Assembly: GCA_050251055.1 (NCBI GenBank)
Contig: JBFWNL010000005.1
Span: forward strand, 160,001 to 224,000
From: Bacteriovoracia bacterium
GTDB lineage: Bacteria > Bdellovibrionota > UBA1018 > JBFWNL01
DNA: 64,000 nucleotides
Direction of reading: 5' to 3'
Positions 27,312-36,728 of the stretch are shown in pieces. Within the stretch, counting starts at the first letter, position 1. The number at the start of each line of letters is the position of its first letter. The translations under genes were made by a program, and so were the position numbers. Below the pieces are notes generated by a model. It was given only the letters and a program-made list of their open reading frames with translations, was not told where the DNA came from and did not search any database.

Positions 27312-28093
27312 AGGGCGCCTTCTTTCAGCAGTCGCTGGAGTACCGCCTGGTCGTCGACGGTGAGAGCTGGCGTCAAGGAGGCGTGATCGCGGGCAACCTC
27401 CAAGTCAAAAATCACGGAGCGAAGCCCGCGGAGCTCACAAATCTTTGTGTCGCACTCGCCGACGGCAAGGAAAAAAAAGTGAAGGCCAAGCCGCTGGATC
27501 TAAAGGCGGCATTCGAGATATTGGACCGCGCAGGTTTTTCGGCGGTGACGGTCGCCCCCGGCGGGACCTCCGCTCCGCTCGAGTGGAAGTTCCAACTCAT
27601 GGGCGATTGCCGTGTCACCGAAAAGAATCATAGCCTGTATGTGATCTATGGGACGTCCGACTTCGCTCCGAGCGCCGGTATGTTACAGACGCGCGTGGTG
27701 CCGCGACAGCATTTTGAAGATTTCATCGAGTCGCTGGTGATTGCTAATCGCTTTAAGCTCAAGGGATACGCGAGCGGTAAAAAGGGAGGCGTGGAATTCA
27801 CACTCGATCCGCCGGATGGTCGGGAATTCTCCACGATCGAAGAGCTCGTCGTGACCTTGAAGATGGAAGCTGGTTCGACTGGGGAAGATCTTTCCGCGTC
27901 TTTTCTCTTTTATACGAAGGAAGTTAATCCGCAGGCCGCCGGGTTCGCGCTGCAAAAAGGAAAGAAGCTCGTGGAGCGTCGATTTACCCCGCCCCAGTAT
28001 CTGTCCGAGTTTAGCAAGCGCGTAGATAAAGAGCAGGTAGAGAAGGCGCTATTGGAAGTTCTGGCAAACTTTCGCGAAGGTCGCCTGATTTAA
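27308..28093 (+). CDS. Hypothetical protein (possible Spo0M/arrestin-like beta-sandwich)
   Basis: ATGA overlap with MAPEG gene; W.QG..I.G.L.V.N pattern. Confidence 0.65.
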   Translation: MKGAFFQQSLEYRLVVDGESWRQGGVIAGNLQVKNHGAKPAELTNLCVALADGKEKKVKAKPLDLKAAFEILDRAGFSAVTVAPGGTSAPLEWKFQLMGDCRVTEKNHSLYVIYGTSDFAPSAGMLQTRVVPRQHFEDFIESLVIANRFKLKGYASGKKGGVEFTLDPPDGREFSTIEELVVTLKMEAGSTGEDLSASFLFYTKEVNPQAAGFALQKGKKLVERRFTPPQYLSEFSKRVDKEQVEKALLEVLANFREGRLI

Positions 28094-28096
28094 GGC

Positions 28097-28867
28097 CTAG
28101 GGCTTGCGTTGGTACCCGTACCAGCCGCGCGCGTCGGCCGGCTGATGCGTGTACGTTTCTTTCAGCTTCTTTTTCACGTCATCCATTTTCCCCGAATCGA
28201 GGGGAATCCACTGGGCAAGATCCGGAAAGTCTGTTCTGCAGTTTCCGCAGTGTTTTTGGTCGTAGAATCGAATCGGGCACCAAAAGGATTCGTTGTTTCG
28301 GATCATCTCTCCGCCCAAGCTGTAAACGCCCGCGGCCCACTCGCAGTAAAGGCACCAGAGCAAATCGAGGCCAATCAAGCCTTCGAATTTTTGCCGCGAG
28401 ATTCGGATCCACTCGCCATGACGATACTTGGGGAAGCCTAAGGTAAAGGAAAGCAGAGGGTAGGCCGTGACCTGGCCCAGACGAATCACCAAGAAGGCGG
28501 GCAGGGCCAGGGTGGTGAGCCAAAACCCGACGACCACGCGCGTGGGGCCGACGATTCCGCCCAGAGTTTTACGCAGCGGGGATGCTTCTTGGCCGCGCAT
28601 GCGAGTGTGGAAGCGCGTGTGCAGCATGCATACCAGCGAAGCCGCCAGGAACTGGGCGAGGAAGCAGGTGAGAAGGGCGGAGATTCCGCCGCGGACGAGC
28701 GCGTACCCCCAGGGTAGCCAAGTGGTGGCGGCCACGATCGCGTCAAGAGCCGGCGCCCGGGCGAGCGTTTCGGCCGCGCCATGGCGGCCCGAAATCGCGA
28801 TCACGAATGCGCCGATTACGCAGAACTCCCAGAGAAACACGGATTCGAATAGGTGGATAATGGACAT
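28097..28867 (-). CDS. Membrane protein with a Cys-rich C-terminal domain
   Basis: TM helices; WCLYCEW, FWCPIRF, CGNC. Confidence 0.7.
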   Translation of the reverse strand: MSIIHLFESVFLWEFCVIGAFVIAISGRHGAAETLARAPALDAIVAATTWLPWGYALVRGGISALLTCFLAQFLAASLVCMLHTRFHTRMRGQEASPLRKTLGGIVGPTRVVVGFWLTTLALPAFLVIRLGQVTAYPLLSFTLGFPKYRHGEWIRISRQKFEGLIGLDLLWCLYCEWAAGVYSLGGEMIRNNESFWCPIRFYDQKHCGNCRTDFPDLAQWIPLDSGKMDDVKKKLKETYTHQPADARGWYGYQRKP

Positions 28868-28925
28868 GCGCCCGCAGTATGGCGCAGGCCGATCGATTCC
28901 GCAATGCTACGCGAGCCGCCGAAAA

Positions 28926-29321
28926 CTAAAGATTGCTCGGCTCTTCCGGCATTTCCTCGTATTCTTCCTCGTATTCGTGAGGCTCGCCTTGGCAAGCTTC
29001 CGGTCGGCAGGCGCGGCCAGGCGTGTATTCTGGGTACTGCGGCTTTTTAGCGATATAATCGCGCTGGTTCGAGGTGCCGTGGCGCCCCACGTGGGCTTTT
29101 AGCGCGGCGGCACCGACGGAAATCCACTTTGCTTGGCCCGGGTTTCCGGGCGGGATGTGGCAGAGCGCGATTTTCCGCTCGCCGCTGCCGTCATCGTAAC
29201 CATAGCGTTCCAACATGCCGTCAACGGTCGCGCTGACGGAGGAATCTTCTTTGTTGCAGGCGGAAATCGCCACGGTCGTCACCATGGAAAGCCCAAATCC
29301 CATCAGTTTCCAGATCTTCAT
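28926..29321 (-). CDS. Lipoprotein with CHIPPGN motif
   Basis: Lipobox ISAC; LCHIPPGNP...I.V...A..AH..HG; acidic tail; AGGAG RBS. Confidence 0.75.
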   Translation of the reverse strand: MKIWKLMGFGLSMVTTVAISACNKEDSSVSATVDGMLERYGYDDGSGERKIALCHIPPGNPGQAKWISVGAAALKAHVGRHGTSNQRDYIAKKPQYPEYTPGRACRPEACQGEPHEYEEEYEEMPEEPSNL

Positions 29322-29360
29322 GCAGTCTCCTAGCCCTCTTCACCCTGCTCCTCTATAAAA

Positions 29361-29376
29361 AGCAGGAACTATGCCC
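29361..29376 (-). promoter_or_regulatory. sigma54 promoter (CHIPPGN lipoprotein)
   Basis: GGGCATAGTTCCTGCT, GG-N10-GC. Confidence 0.55.
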
Positions 29377-29477
29377 GCGCTTTCAGATGTGAATGCTTGA
29401 TTTTATGGGTGTTTCTAAGGGTTTAATTGACTAGGTTTTGGGCGGTGTCCAGGGGCTAGGCGGAGGAATATACCTGC

Positions 29478-29975
29478 CTAGGCCGCGCAGCACTTCTTGT
29501 ATTTTTTTCCGCTGCCGCAGTGGCAAGGATCATTGCGGCCTAGCTTTGGCTCCGCGCGCACGATGGGCTTCGGGGTGGCGTGATGATGGCCTTGCCCTTC
29601 TTCGTGGATGTGCGAGTCGCCGTCGACAAAGTACCAACGGTCCTTGATCTTGCGGAATTTGGAGGTCTCGTGGTGCTCGAGCACCTTGCCTTCCGTTTTG
29701 TACCTCGCGGTGAACTCGACGATGTTGTCTTGGGCCGATTCGATCTTGAGGCCCATCCATTCGGAATCCTTTGCCCAGCTGCGGGCGTCGGCTTCGTTGA
29801 AGTCCTTGCGGGACTCGGGCGCCAGGGTTTCCTTTAGATAACCCATCTCGGCCTTGGTGTAGGCCGTGTAACGGGAGCGCATCAGTGCTTCGGGCGTGGG
29901 GGCGTATTGCTTTCCCGAGATATAGCGTTCGCAGCAGTCGGCATAATTACTTTGGGTTCCACAGGGGCAGTTCAT
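29478..29975 (-). CDS. ychJ: YchJ family SEC-C protein
   Basis: CPCG...Y..CC; LMRSRYTAY; E.S.F; W.FVDG; [17 protein letters not shown]. Confidence 0.92.
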   Translation of the reverse strand: MNCPCGTQSNYADCCERYISGKQYAPTPEALMRSRYTAYTKAEMGYLKETLAPESRKDFNEADARSWAKDSEWMGLKIESAQDNIVEFTARYKTEGKVLEHHETSKFRKIKDRWYFVDGDSHIHEEGQGHHHATPKPIVRAEPKLGRNDPCHCGSGKKYKKCCAA

Positions 29976-30057
29976 CCCTCCTTTCTAAGCTGTCGGTCCG
30001 CCTGCGCGCAAGGGCAAAACCTTTTCCAGAACTCCCGCCGCGGTGTATACTCGGGCT

Positions 30058-31011
30058 ATGAGACACCGTCCGACCCTGACGATTTCGATGCTGGGATTGG
30101 CCACCCTGGCTTGGTTTTCAGGCTGCGCTACCTTTCAAACGTCGATGGGAAACAATCCCCTCGTGGAGGAGGTTTCCGGTAACCGCGCCTACGTGACCGT
30201 CTTTAATTCGGGGGGGACGACCGTCGATTACGGAATTACCGCCAATACGATCCGCCACGAAGCGGGACTTTGGTTGAAGGAGCGTGGCTATGTCATGGAG
30301 GAAGCCCCTTATAAGGCGAATGTGGTGATTCAGTTCCGCCCGCTCCAGGAAGAAAAAAATATCGTGAACGGCAGCCCGACTTACGTGCTGTCGACGGGCC
30401 TGCCGGCCGCTGGATCGCCCGGCACCTCTAAGCCGAGCCTGGATGCGCTTGCGGCCGCCGCGGGTGGACAGCTGGTCTTCAAGAAAGGCGATCTCGACGA
30501 GAAAAATAGCAAGCAGCGGAAGGTGCTGCTGACGGGATTGGCGTTGAGCATCACCAAGCAGGAGCACAACAAGTCCGATGAGGTGGTGACCACGGGCGGG
30601 GTAGGACCGGAAGAAGTAAACCAGAACCTATTCACCGACGAGTATCAACTACGGGCTGCCGTGAAGCGAGCGTTGGAAGATTCCAAGCTCGGGGATCTGC
30701 GCATTGCCACTCAAGCCTCTTCCGTGCGCGACGAAGATCCCGGTTGTAAATACCGGGTCGGCGTCCGGTTCTTTGAGAAAGCGGAGCGTGGTGGAACCGC
30801 CGCCTATGTCGAGTCGTTCGAAAAGGGGAGTATGGGTGAAAAAGCGGGCCTGAAACGCGGGGATCGTGTCTTGGAGCTTGACCACCGCCGGCCTGGCTCC
30901 CCGATGCGGGAGTTCATGCCGGGCGAGCTCGTGCAGATCCGCGTCCTGCGCAACGGCAACGAAGTAGAGGCCGAAATCCCGGTCGCGCTGATCTGTAACG
31001 ATATCCACTAG
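30058..31011 (+). CDS. Lipoprotein with C-terminal PDZ domain
   Basis: Lipobox FSGC; GS.GEKAGL..GD.V...V.RNG. Confidence 0.75.
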   Translation: MRHRPTLTISMLGLATLAWFSGCATFQTSMGNNPLVEEVSGNRAYVTVFNSGGTTVDYGITANTIRHEAGLWLKERGYVMEEAPYKANVVIQFRPLQEEKNIVNGSPTYVLSTGLPAAGSPGTSKPSLDALAAAAGGQLVFKKGDLDEKNSKQRKVLLTGLALSITKQEHNKSDEVVTTGGVGPEEVNQNLFTDEYQLRAAVKRALEDSKLGDLRIATQASSVRDEDPGCKYRVGVRFFEKAERGGTAAYVESFEKGSMGEKAGLKRGDRVLELDHRRPGSPMREFMPGELVQIRVLRNGNEVEAEIPVALICNDIH

Positions 31012-31012
31012 C

Positions 31013-31177
31013 TTAGTCGGCGATGTATTCGACTTCGAGGAAGGTGACGTGTTCGGGCGCGTCTTCTTCGGTGACCGCGCGCGGACAAAATTCCGGCACC
31101 GATTTTGGACGCGCGATCCGCACCTCACGGCCGTTGATTTCGACGCTCCAATATTTCTTATCGTTCTGAATGTCCAT
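31013..31177 (-). CDS. Small hypothetical protein
   Basis: 54-aa ORF with AGGGG RBS; fills the intergenic gap. Confidence 0.5.
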   Translation of the reverse strand: MDIQNDKKYWSVEINGREVRIARPKSVPEFCPRAVTEEDAPEHVTFLEVEYIAD

Positions 31178-31365
31178 GGTTTTGCCCCCTAAAACCACCC
31201 CTGGTTGTGGACAATTACGAGAATACCGTCGCGTCCGAAAAGTTGCGATCAAACGAAGCGCAAACCCCGCCTTCGCGTGTGCGGGCGTGTGCTGATTCGC
31301 GTGTCCGCCGTGACCGGGCTTGAAAATATTGGTGTTTTGCCCTTCTTCGGATTAGAGTCGGGGCC

Positions 31366-32283
31366 GTGATTTCGGCGAAATCCCTCGTAAAATCGTTCCT
31401 GCCCGGTAGCCCGCCCGCGGTCGGTGGCATGGACTTGGTCATTCGTCCGGGGGAGTGCTTCGGGCTGCTCGGTCCAAATGGGGCGGGGAAATCGACTTTT
31501 ATTGGCATGATCTACGGGGCGGTTCAACGAACGGCGGGTGACCTGTCGGTGTTCGGATACGATCCGCGCACTCAGAGCCGGGAAATCAAGAAACGCTTAG
31601 GAGTTGTGACCCAAGAAAACGCGCTCGATGAAAGCCTGACCGTGCTGGAAAACATGCTGCTCTATTGCGCCTTCATCGGGGTGCCCGCTGTCGACCGCCG
31701 GCCCCGCGTGATGGCGTTGCTCGAGTATATGAACATTGCCAATAAGCAGAACGCGCGTATCCAGACGCTTTCCGGCGGAATGAAGCGCCGACTGGTGTTC
31801 GTGCGGGCGCTACTGGGGAAGCCGGAGCTGCTGATTCTCGACGAGCCCACCACGGGCCTGGATCCCGCCGTCCGCCATCTGTTGTGGGGCAAGGTGAAGG
31901 AGCTGCATCAGCAGGGCACGACGGTCGTTCTTACGACTCACTACATGCACGAAGCTGAAGTGCTTTGCGACCGGCTCGTGATCATGAATCAGGGAAGCGT
32001 CGTCGCTGAAGGAACGCCGCAGGAGATGATTCTGCGACATACGCCGGGATACGTGGGAATCTTTAGCTCGGGCGACAAGTTAAAAATACAGGAGTTGACC
32101 TCTGGCCGGCCGGATTTGCCTTGCCACGAGGATGCCTCCGGCGTTTATGTGCGCGCGGGCGCCCTCGAAGATCTGACGAATTTCCACTCGGTGCACGGGC
32201 TGCGTCCGCTCCAGATCCGTCCTTCGAATCTCGAAGACGTGTTTCTCCAGCTAACGGGAAAGGAGCTTGCGTCAGATGCTTGA
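31366..32283 (+). CDS. ABC transporter ATP-binding protein (NodI-like)
   Basis: GPNGAGKS, LSGGM, DEPTTGLD, TTHYM. Confidence 0.92.
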   Translation: MISAKSLVKSFLPGSPPAVGGMDLVIRPGECFGLLGPNGAGKSTFIGMIYGAVQRTAGDLSVFGYDPRTQSREIKKRLGVVTQENALDESLTVLENMLLYCAFIGVPAVDRRPRVMALLEYMNIANKQNARIQTLSGGMKRRLVFVRALLGKPELLILDEPTTGLDPAVRHLLWGKVKELHQQGTTVVLTTHYMHEAEVLCDRLVIMNQGSVVAEGTPQEMILRHTPGYVGIFSSGDKLKIQELTSGRPDLPCHEDASGVYVRAGALEDLTNFHSVHGLRPLQIRPSNLEDVFLQLTGKELASDA

Positions 32284-33055
32284 GTGGAAAGAGACGGTCA
32301 AGCTCTGCCTTCACATCACGCGGCGGAACTGGACGGTTTACCAAAAGGACCTAGTGGCGAATATCTCTCCGACGGTGGCGGACCCGGCGCTCATCATGGT
32401 CTCCCTAGGCTTGGGCTTGGGCGTCTACTTGACTAACGTCGAAGGCATGTCTTACATGCAGTTCCTGGCCCCGGGGTTGACGGTGGCGACTTCGCTTTTT
32501 ACCTCCTTCTTCGAGAGCAGTTACGGATTTTACGTGCGCTTGACGTTTGAAAATGTCTTTAAGGCCATGCTTACGACCCCGATCGGGGTGAAGGAGGTGG
32601 TCATTGGCGAGATGTTTTGGGTCGGGCTAAAGGGAGGAATCATGTCGCTTGGCGTGGCCGTGGTGCTCGCGCTTTTCGGCATGATGAGCAATCCGTGGCT
32701 TATTCCCGCGCTTTTCGGCGTGGGTTTTCTGGTGGCGGTGCCCTGCGGGGCGATGGGGTTGCTCGCGACGGCGCTGGTGCGGAACATCAACCAGTTCCAG
32801 TCCGTGTATTCCTTTATTATCGCGCCCCTTTATTTTTTGTCGGGAATTTTCTTTCCCATTGAACAGATGGCCGCGCCCGTCCGGGTCGTGGCGGAGTTTT
32901 TTCCGCTGATTCACGGCGTGCGGATGGCCCAGGCCATCTTTTGGGAGCGTGATCTTGTTTCGGCTTGTCTGCCCAGCGGCGCGGCCTTGGTTCTACAGAG
33001 CTTGATTTTCTGCGCACTGGCCTACGTCAAGATACGCAAGAAGCTCGTTAGTTAG
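32276..33055 (+). CDS. ABC-2 permease (NodJ-like)
   Basis: Y.QFLAPGL; LTTP; P..FLSG.FFP. Confidence 0.9.
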   Translation: MLEWKETVKLCLHITRRNWTVYQKDLVANISPTVADPALIMVSLGLGLGVYLTNVEGMSYMQFLAPGLTVATSLFTSFFESSYGFYVRLTFENVFKAMLTTPIGVKEVVIGEMFWVGLKGGIMSLGVAVVLALFGMMSNPWLIPALFGVGFLVAVPCGAMGLLATALVRNINQFQSVYSFIIAPLYFLSGIFFPIEQMAAPVRVVAEFFPLIHGVRMAQAIFWERDLVSACLPSGAALVLQSLIFCALAYVKIRKKLVS

Positions 33056-33225
33056 GACCGTCCCGAGCCGGTTTTCTTTCCTCCGCCGTCCCGTTTATTC
33101 ACGGTCGCGTAGCCGATCTGCTTGGCCCTCTTCGCGGAGCGGCCGAGCTTTCGCTCGCTCTCTTCGATGTGATGAGCTTGACGTCGCTGCTTGTCGGTAT
33201 AACTCGATTTGTCTCCTCTTGGCAT
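33052..33225 (-). CDS. 57-aa basic stress-associated protein (MPRGDKS.YTDKQ family), absent from the ORF track
   Basis: Manual translation MPRGDKSSYTDKQRRQAHHIEESERKLGRSAKRAKQIGYATVNKRDGGGKKTGSGRS; AGGAGG RBS; sigma54 site upstream. Confidence 0.85.
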   Translation of the reverse strand: MPRGDKSSYTDKQRRQAHHIEESERKLGRSAKRAKQIGYATVNKRDGGGKKTGSGRS

Positions 33226-33249
33226 ATTTAGCCCTCCTCACGGTGAAGT

Positions 33250-33265
33250 TGCAGAATAAATGCCA
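33250..33265 (-). promoter_or_regulatory. sigma54 promoter
   Basis: TGGCATTTATTCTGCA. Confidence 0.65.
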
Positions 33266-33388
33266 GGGCCGTGGCGGTGAAGAAGCATGCGTGATGGTTT
33301 GAATGTGCGTGCATGCCACGAACTTCGCCAATTTCGGCTCACGCAAGCCGCCCAGGCTTGATCTGCCCCGGATCTGCTTAAGCTGACC

Positions 33389-33404
33389 TGGCACCGCAAT
33401 TGCT
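33389..33404 (+). promoter_or_regulatory. sigma54 promoter
   Basis: TGGCACCGCAATTGCT. Confidence 0.75.
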
Positions 33405-33448
33405 TTATCTCGACGCGAACCTCAACCGCATTACTTAAGGAGATCACT

Positions 33449-34057
33449 ATGAAATCGAAGAAGAAGAAAACAAGCGCGCGTCGTGGGCCCTCATCGCGCG
33501 GACAACGCCGCTCGACGTCGGCGCGTGCCGTTGGTCAGAGGCGCGAAGGTCGGAGTTGGGAGTATGAAGGAATTTCCGGCCGTCGTGACCTCAACGATCG
33601 GCATCAGGGGATGATGGATCGCGAGCCGGGATTTTCCTCCGAACGCCGCTATCTGGAGGATCGTGATGAGGCGTATGATCGTGGATATGGTGATAGGAAC
33701 CGGATGTCCAGGGAACGCCCCGAAGGCGACTATCCTCGGCGCGATTACTCCGGATACAACGATCGCGAACGCAGCTTCGGTGGGACCATGCGCGACAACC
33801 GAGACTACAACGATCGTGGTTACGGGATCGACGAACGGGAGTATCGCGATCTTGATCAGTGGGGCTCTAGCGGGCATGGCAGCGAAGGAGAGAGCTTTGG
33901 TCGGCGGAGTCGGCGCGACGAAGGTCCCCGACGAGGGTTGCGCGTGTACGCGGACGGCTTAAACGGATCGTCGCGCGGCGGCGGCTCGAATAACTCGCGT
34001 CGATCGGTCACCCGAGGTTCCCGCGGAACCGCGGGTTCACGCACCTATTCAGAATAG
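33449..34057 (+). CDS. Low-complexity R/D/G/Y-rich disordered protein
   Basis: AAGGAG RBS; RDY/DRGYG repeats. Confidence 0.7.
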   Translation: MKSKKKKTSARRGPSSRGQRRSTSARAVGQRREGRSWEYEGISGRRDLNDRHQGMMDREPGFSSERRYLEDRDEAYDRGYGDRNRMSRERPEGDYPRRDYSGYNDRERSFGGTMRDNRDYNDRGYGIDEREYRDLDQWGSSGHGSEGESFGRRSRRDEGPRRGLRVYADGLNGSSRGGGSNNSRRSVTRGSRGTAGSRTYSE

Positions 34058-34078
34058 CCGGTTGCCATAGTGCGGGCC

Positions 34079-34120
34079 AGCTCGACGGCGTCCTCGTATT
34101 TTTGGGGCGCCGTCGAGTTC
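34079..34120. terminator. Hairpin between convergent genes
   Basis: AGCTCGACGGCGTCC...GGGCGCCGTCGAGTT; second hairpin GGTCAGG-TCTT-CCTGACC follows. Confidence 0.5.
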
Positions 34121-34171
34121 GCTCGAGCATGAGGTCAGGTCTTCCTGACCCTGGGTGGATGCCGCCGAGGA

Positions 34172-34555
34172 CTAGTGCATGTTGCGCAGATCGCGCAAGA
34201 AGAACAGGGGGATCTTGACGTTAAACTGCGCGCCCAGGTTGTTCACCATTTGAAACGTGCCGCGCATATTGCCAGTGGGCGTCGGCAGCGGACAGAAGCT
34301 AGAATACTCGTGCTTTTCGCCGGGCTTCAGCTTTGGCTGTTGGCCCACCACGCCCGGCCCTTTGACTTCATGTACCTCGCCCTTGCCGTCGGTGATGATC
34401 CAGTGCCGGCTCAGGAGCTGGACTTCAGTCTCGCCCCGATTGCTGATCGTGATGTGGTAGGCGAAAATGAAGCGGCTCTCCGCCGGTGAAGACTCGCCAG
34501 GGAGGTATTCAGGGCGAACTTCGACTTCGATGCCTTGGGTCGTTTCGTAGTACAT
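34172..34555 (-). CDS. apaG: ApaG protein
   Basis: FAY.ITI.N; QLLSRHW.ITD; V.G.GVVG.QP; G.M.G. Confidence 0.95.
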   Translation of the reverse strand: MYYETTQGIEVEVRPEYLPGESSPAESRFIFAYHITISNRGETEVQLLSRHWIITDGKGEVHEVKGPGVVGQQPKLKPGEKHEYSSFCPLPTPTGNMRGTFQMVNNLGAQFNVKIPLFFLRDLRNMH

Positions 34556-34577
34556 GGCGCGGGGATACCTCGTTTCT

Positions 34578-36446
34578 CTATTTTTCGCAACGCTCGCCGG
34601 CGTCCCGGGTTTGGCGCCAGTTCGCCTTGGCGGGGCATAGCTTTCCTTGGGGGTCGGTCCAGGCTTCGGCTAACTCACCCGCGTAAATCTTCATGCCGGG
34701 TTCGGCCAAGATCAGGCCGCGCAGGGACTTGCCTTGCCACGTAAGGGGGCGATCTGAATAGAGGGAAAGACGTTTATCGGCGATGCGGCTTGCCTCGGGC
34801 AGGAGGTTTTCACCGACGAAACTTACTTCCGTATCGGCCGGCAGCGTGAGCGCGCCCGCTTTCACGGGTTCGGCCAGCGTCAGCGTCGGGACCCCGCAAA
34901 GGGAATAATCCTTCGGCTGGGTAAGCGTGATTTTCCCGCCCGCCTTGGCTTTAAAGCCCTGGATTTCGAGATCCTTGAGCGCGGTGAAAGAGGTGGGTTT
35001 GCCGTCCAGGCCTAGGCACACCTTGGTTCCCCCTTTGAGGGGATACCCCGCCACCGTTTGGTCGTCGGCCAGCTCGCCGCTCCAACCGGCGTTTTCAGTC
35101 CGTTGGATCCAGGTCCCGCGTTTGAACTTTACGCCGGTGAGGGTGAAGTTCTCCGCCAGCTTCAATTTGAATGGTTCTAGCGCTTCTCCGACCTTCATCA
35201 GGCTAACGGGTTCGCTGGGGTCGTAAGGAATTCCCATGACGGCCACCGGACGGTTGAGTTTGAGGCGTGCGGGCTGGTCGTCGTAAGGGCCCGCGAGCAG
35301 AGGTGGGCGGGTAAAATTCAGGTAGGATTTGCCTTCGAGGGTGAGCTCGTTGAACGCGAGAAAATACTTGAGCTCGTCGGCGCTCGGCGCGGGAGGTTGG
35401 TCCCGCAGTGACTTTGCCACGCCGCTGGGTAACCCAAACTTCCGGCCCGGGTAGAAGGCGTGCATCTGTTTTTCATAGATGTAGAAGTGCACCAACGCCT
35501 GTGGTTTGCGCGAGCTTTTCAGGTAAAGATCCGCCAGATTGTGGTGGGTTTCGGTTCTTCCCGGAAACTCGCTCAGTACGAGCTCAAACAGCTCCTCGGG
35601 CACCGCTACTTCCCCCGCCTGCATCAGGTAGTACCCCAAATCATTGAGCATCTGCGCGTGCACCGCCCGCACCTGGCCCTGGTGCCGCGCCTTAAAGAGA
35701 TCGGCAACTTGGGTCATCGCACCTAGACCGAGCGCGCTGGATAACTCGGAAGCGCGCTTGGGGTTCGATTTGATGGAGCTTTCAAAAAGCGGATAGACCT
35801 CGGTTAGAATCGTGAAGGTGTAATCGGTGCGGCCGTCCGGACGCTTCTCCAGCGCATGGATTTTCTTGATGGCTTCTTCGGTCTTACTTGGGGTGGGTTT
35901 GGTCATCAGCCCTTTGATCGCCGCCAGGGTTTCGGCATACGTACTGGTTTGCCAGCTGCGGACCGCTTTGAATTTCTTATTTGCCGTGTCCAGTTCGTAT
36001 TGGGTGACTTTTTTCGCGCCCTCGAAGGCGAAGCGGGAGGTGTCGGGTTCCTCCTGCACGAGCACGCCTTTTTCAATATTGAAATCCACGCCATCGGCGT
36101 CGGCGAAGAGTTCTTCCACGGAGGTCCCACGCATGAGCAACAGCTGGGTGTTTGCGCTGCCTTTTCGCTCGATGCCCATCGTGTAGCAGCTCAGCCGATA
36201 GGGGCTGCCGCGTAGATTTTGGTGCAGATAAGTGTGCTGGTCGAGCTTGATGGCGTGTCCCTTGAGGCTGCCCACGAGGCGAATCACGTGGCCGTTGATC
36301 TCTTCGAAACCGGCTTTGCGGATTTCGCCGACGGTGCCCGTGCAGATGGCGCGGTTTTCGGCGTCGGTCGGGCCGGGAAGGGGTTCGGCTGTCCGGGCAG
36401 GCAAGGCAACCATCATGAAAACTAAGGGAAAAAAGAGTCTTCGCAT
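34578..36446 (-). CDS. Secreted protein with a TPR segment and a beta-repeat C-terminal region
   Basis: Signal peptide; NDLGYYL...P.R...NLADLY; repeats of L...I.G..K.GT. Confidence 0.7.
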   Translation of the reverse strand: MRRLFFPLVFMMVALPARTAEPLPGPTDAENRAICTGTVGEIRKAGFEEINGHVIRLVGSLKGHAIKLDQHTYLHQNLRGSPYRLSCYTMGIERKGSANTQLLLMRGTSVEELFADADGVDFNIEKGVLVQEEPDTSRFAFEGAKKVTQYELDTANKKFKAVRSWQTSTYAETLAAIKGLMTKPTPSKTEEAIKKIHALEKRPDGRTDYTFTILTEVYPLFESSIKSNPKRASELSSALGLGAMTQVADLFKARHQGQVRAVHAQMLNDLGYYLMQAGEVAVPEELFELVLSEFPGRTETHHNLADLYLKSSRKPQALVHFYIYEKQMHAFYPGRKFGLPSGVAKSLRDQPPAPSADELKYFLAFNELTLEGKSYLNFTRPPLLAGPYDDQPARLKLNRPVAVMGIPYDPSEPVSLMKVGEALEPFKLKLAENFTLTGVKFKRGTWIQRTENAGWSGELADDQTVAGYPLKGGTKVCLGLDGKPTSFTALKDLEIQGFKAKAGGKITLTQPKDYSLCGVPTLTLAEPVKAGALTLPADTEVSFVGENLLPEASRIADKRLSLYSDRPLTWQGKSLRGLILAEPGMKIYAGELAEAWTDPQGKLCPAKANWRQTRDAGERCEK

Positions 36447-36559
36447 GGGCCTATACTCGCCGGGCCTCCTCCGTTTGTCAAAACCTACGGCGTATCGCGG
36501 CGATAGCGGGGGATAAAATCAGGGGTGCCGAAGCCCCCGAAAATGTGTATAATGGAGAG

Positions 36560-36643
36560 GAATTCGAGGAGCGTTGCGAGGCAGCCCGCGATTAAAAGCG
36601 ACGGCGCCCTAGGCTCGGATTCCCGGTATTAACGGCGCTCACC
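36560..36643 (+). ncRNA. SAH riboswitch
   Basis: GAGGAGCGTTGC...AGGCTCGG...AACGGCGCTCAC, with pairing GAATTCGAG/CTCGGATTC, directly upstream of ahcY. Confidence 0.9.
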
Positions 36644-36728
36644 TAAACCATCGTGCCAGCCACGAGAAGCAGGTGAGAGAGCCCCTCCCACTCACTTCCA
36701 GCTGGTTTTACTAGAGGAGTCACCTTCC

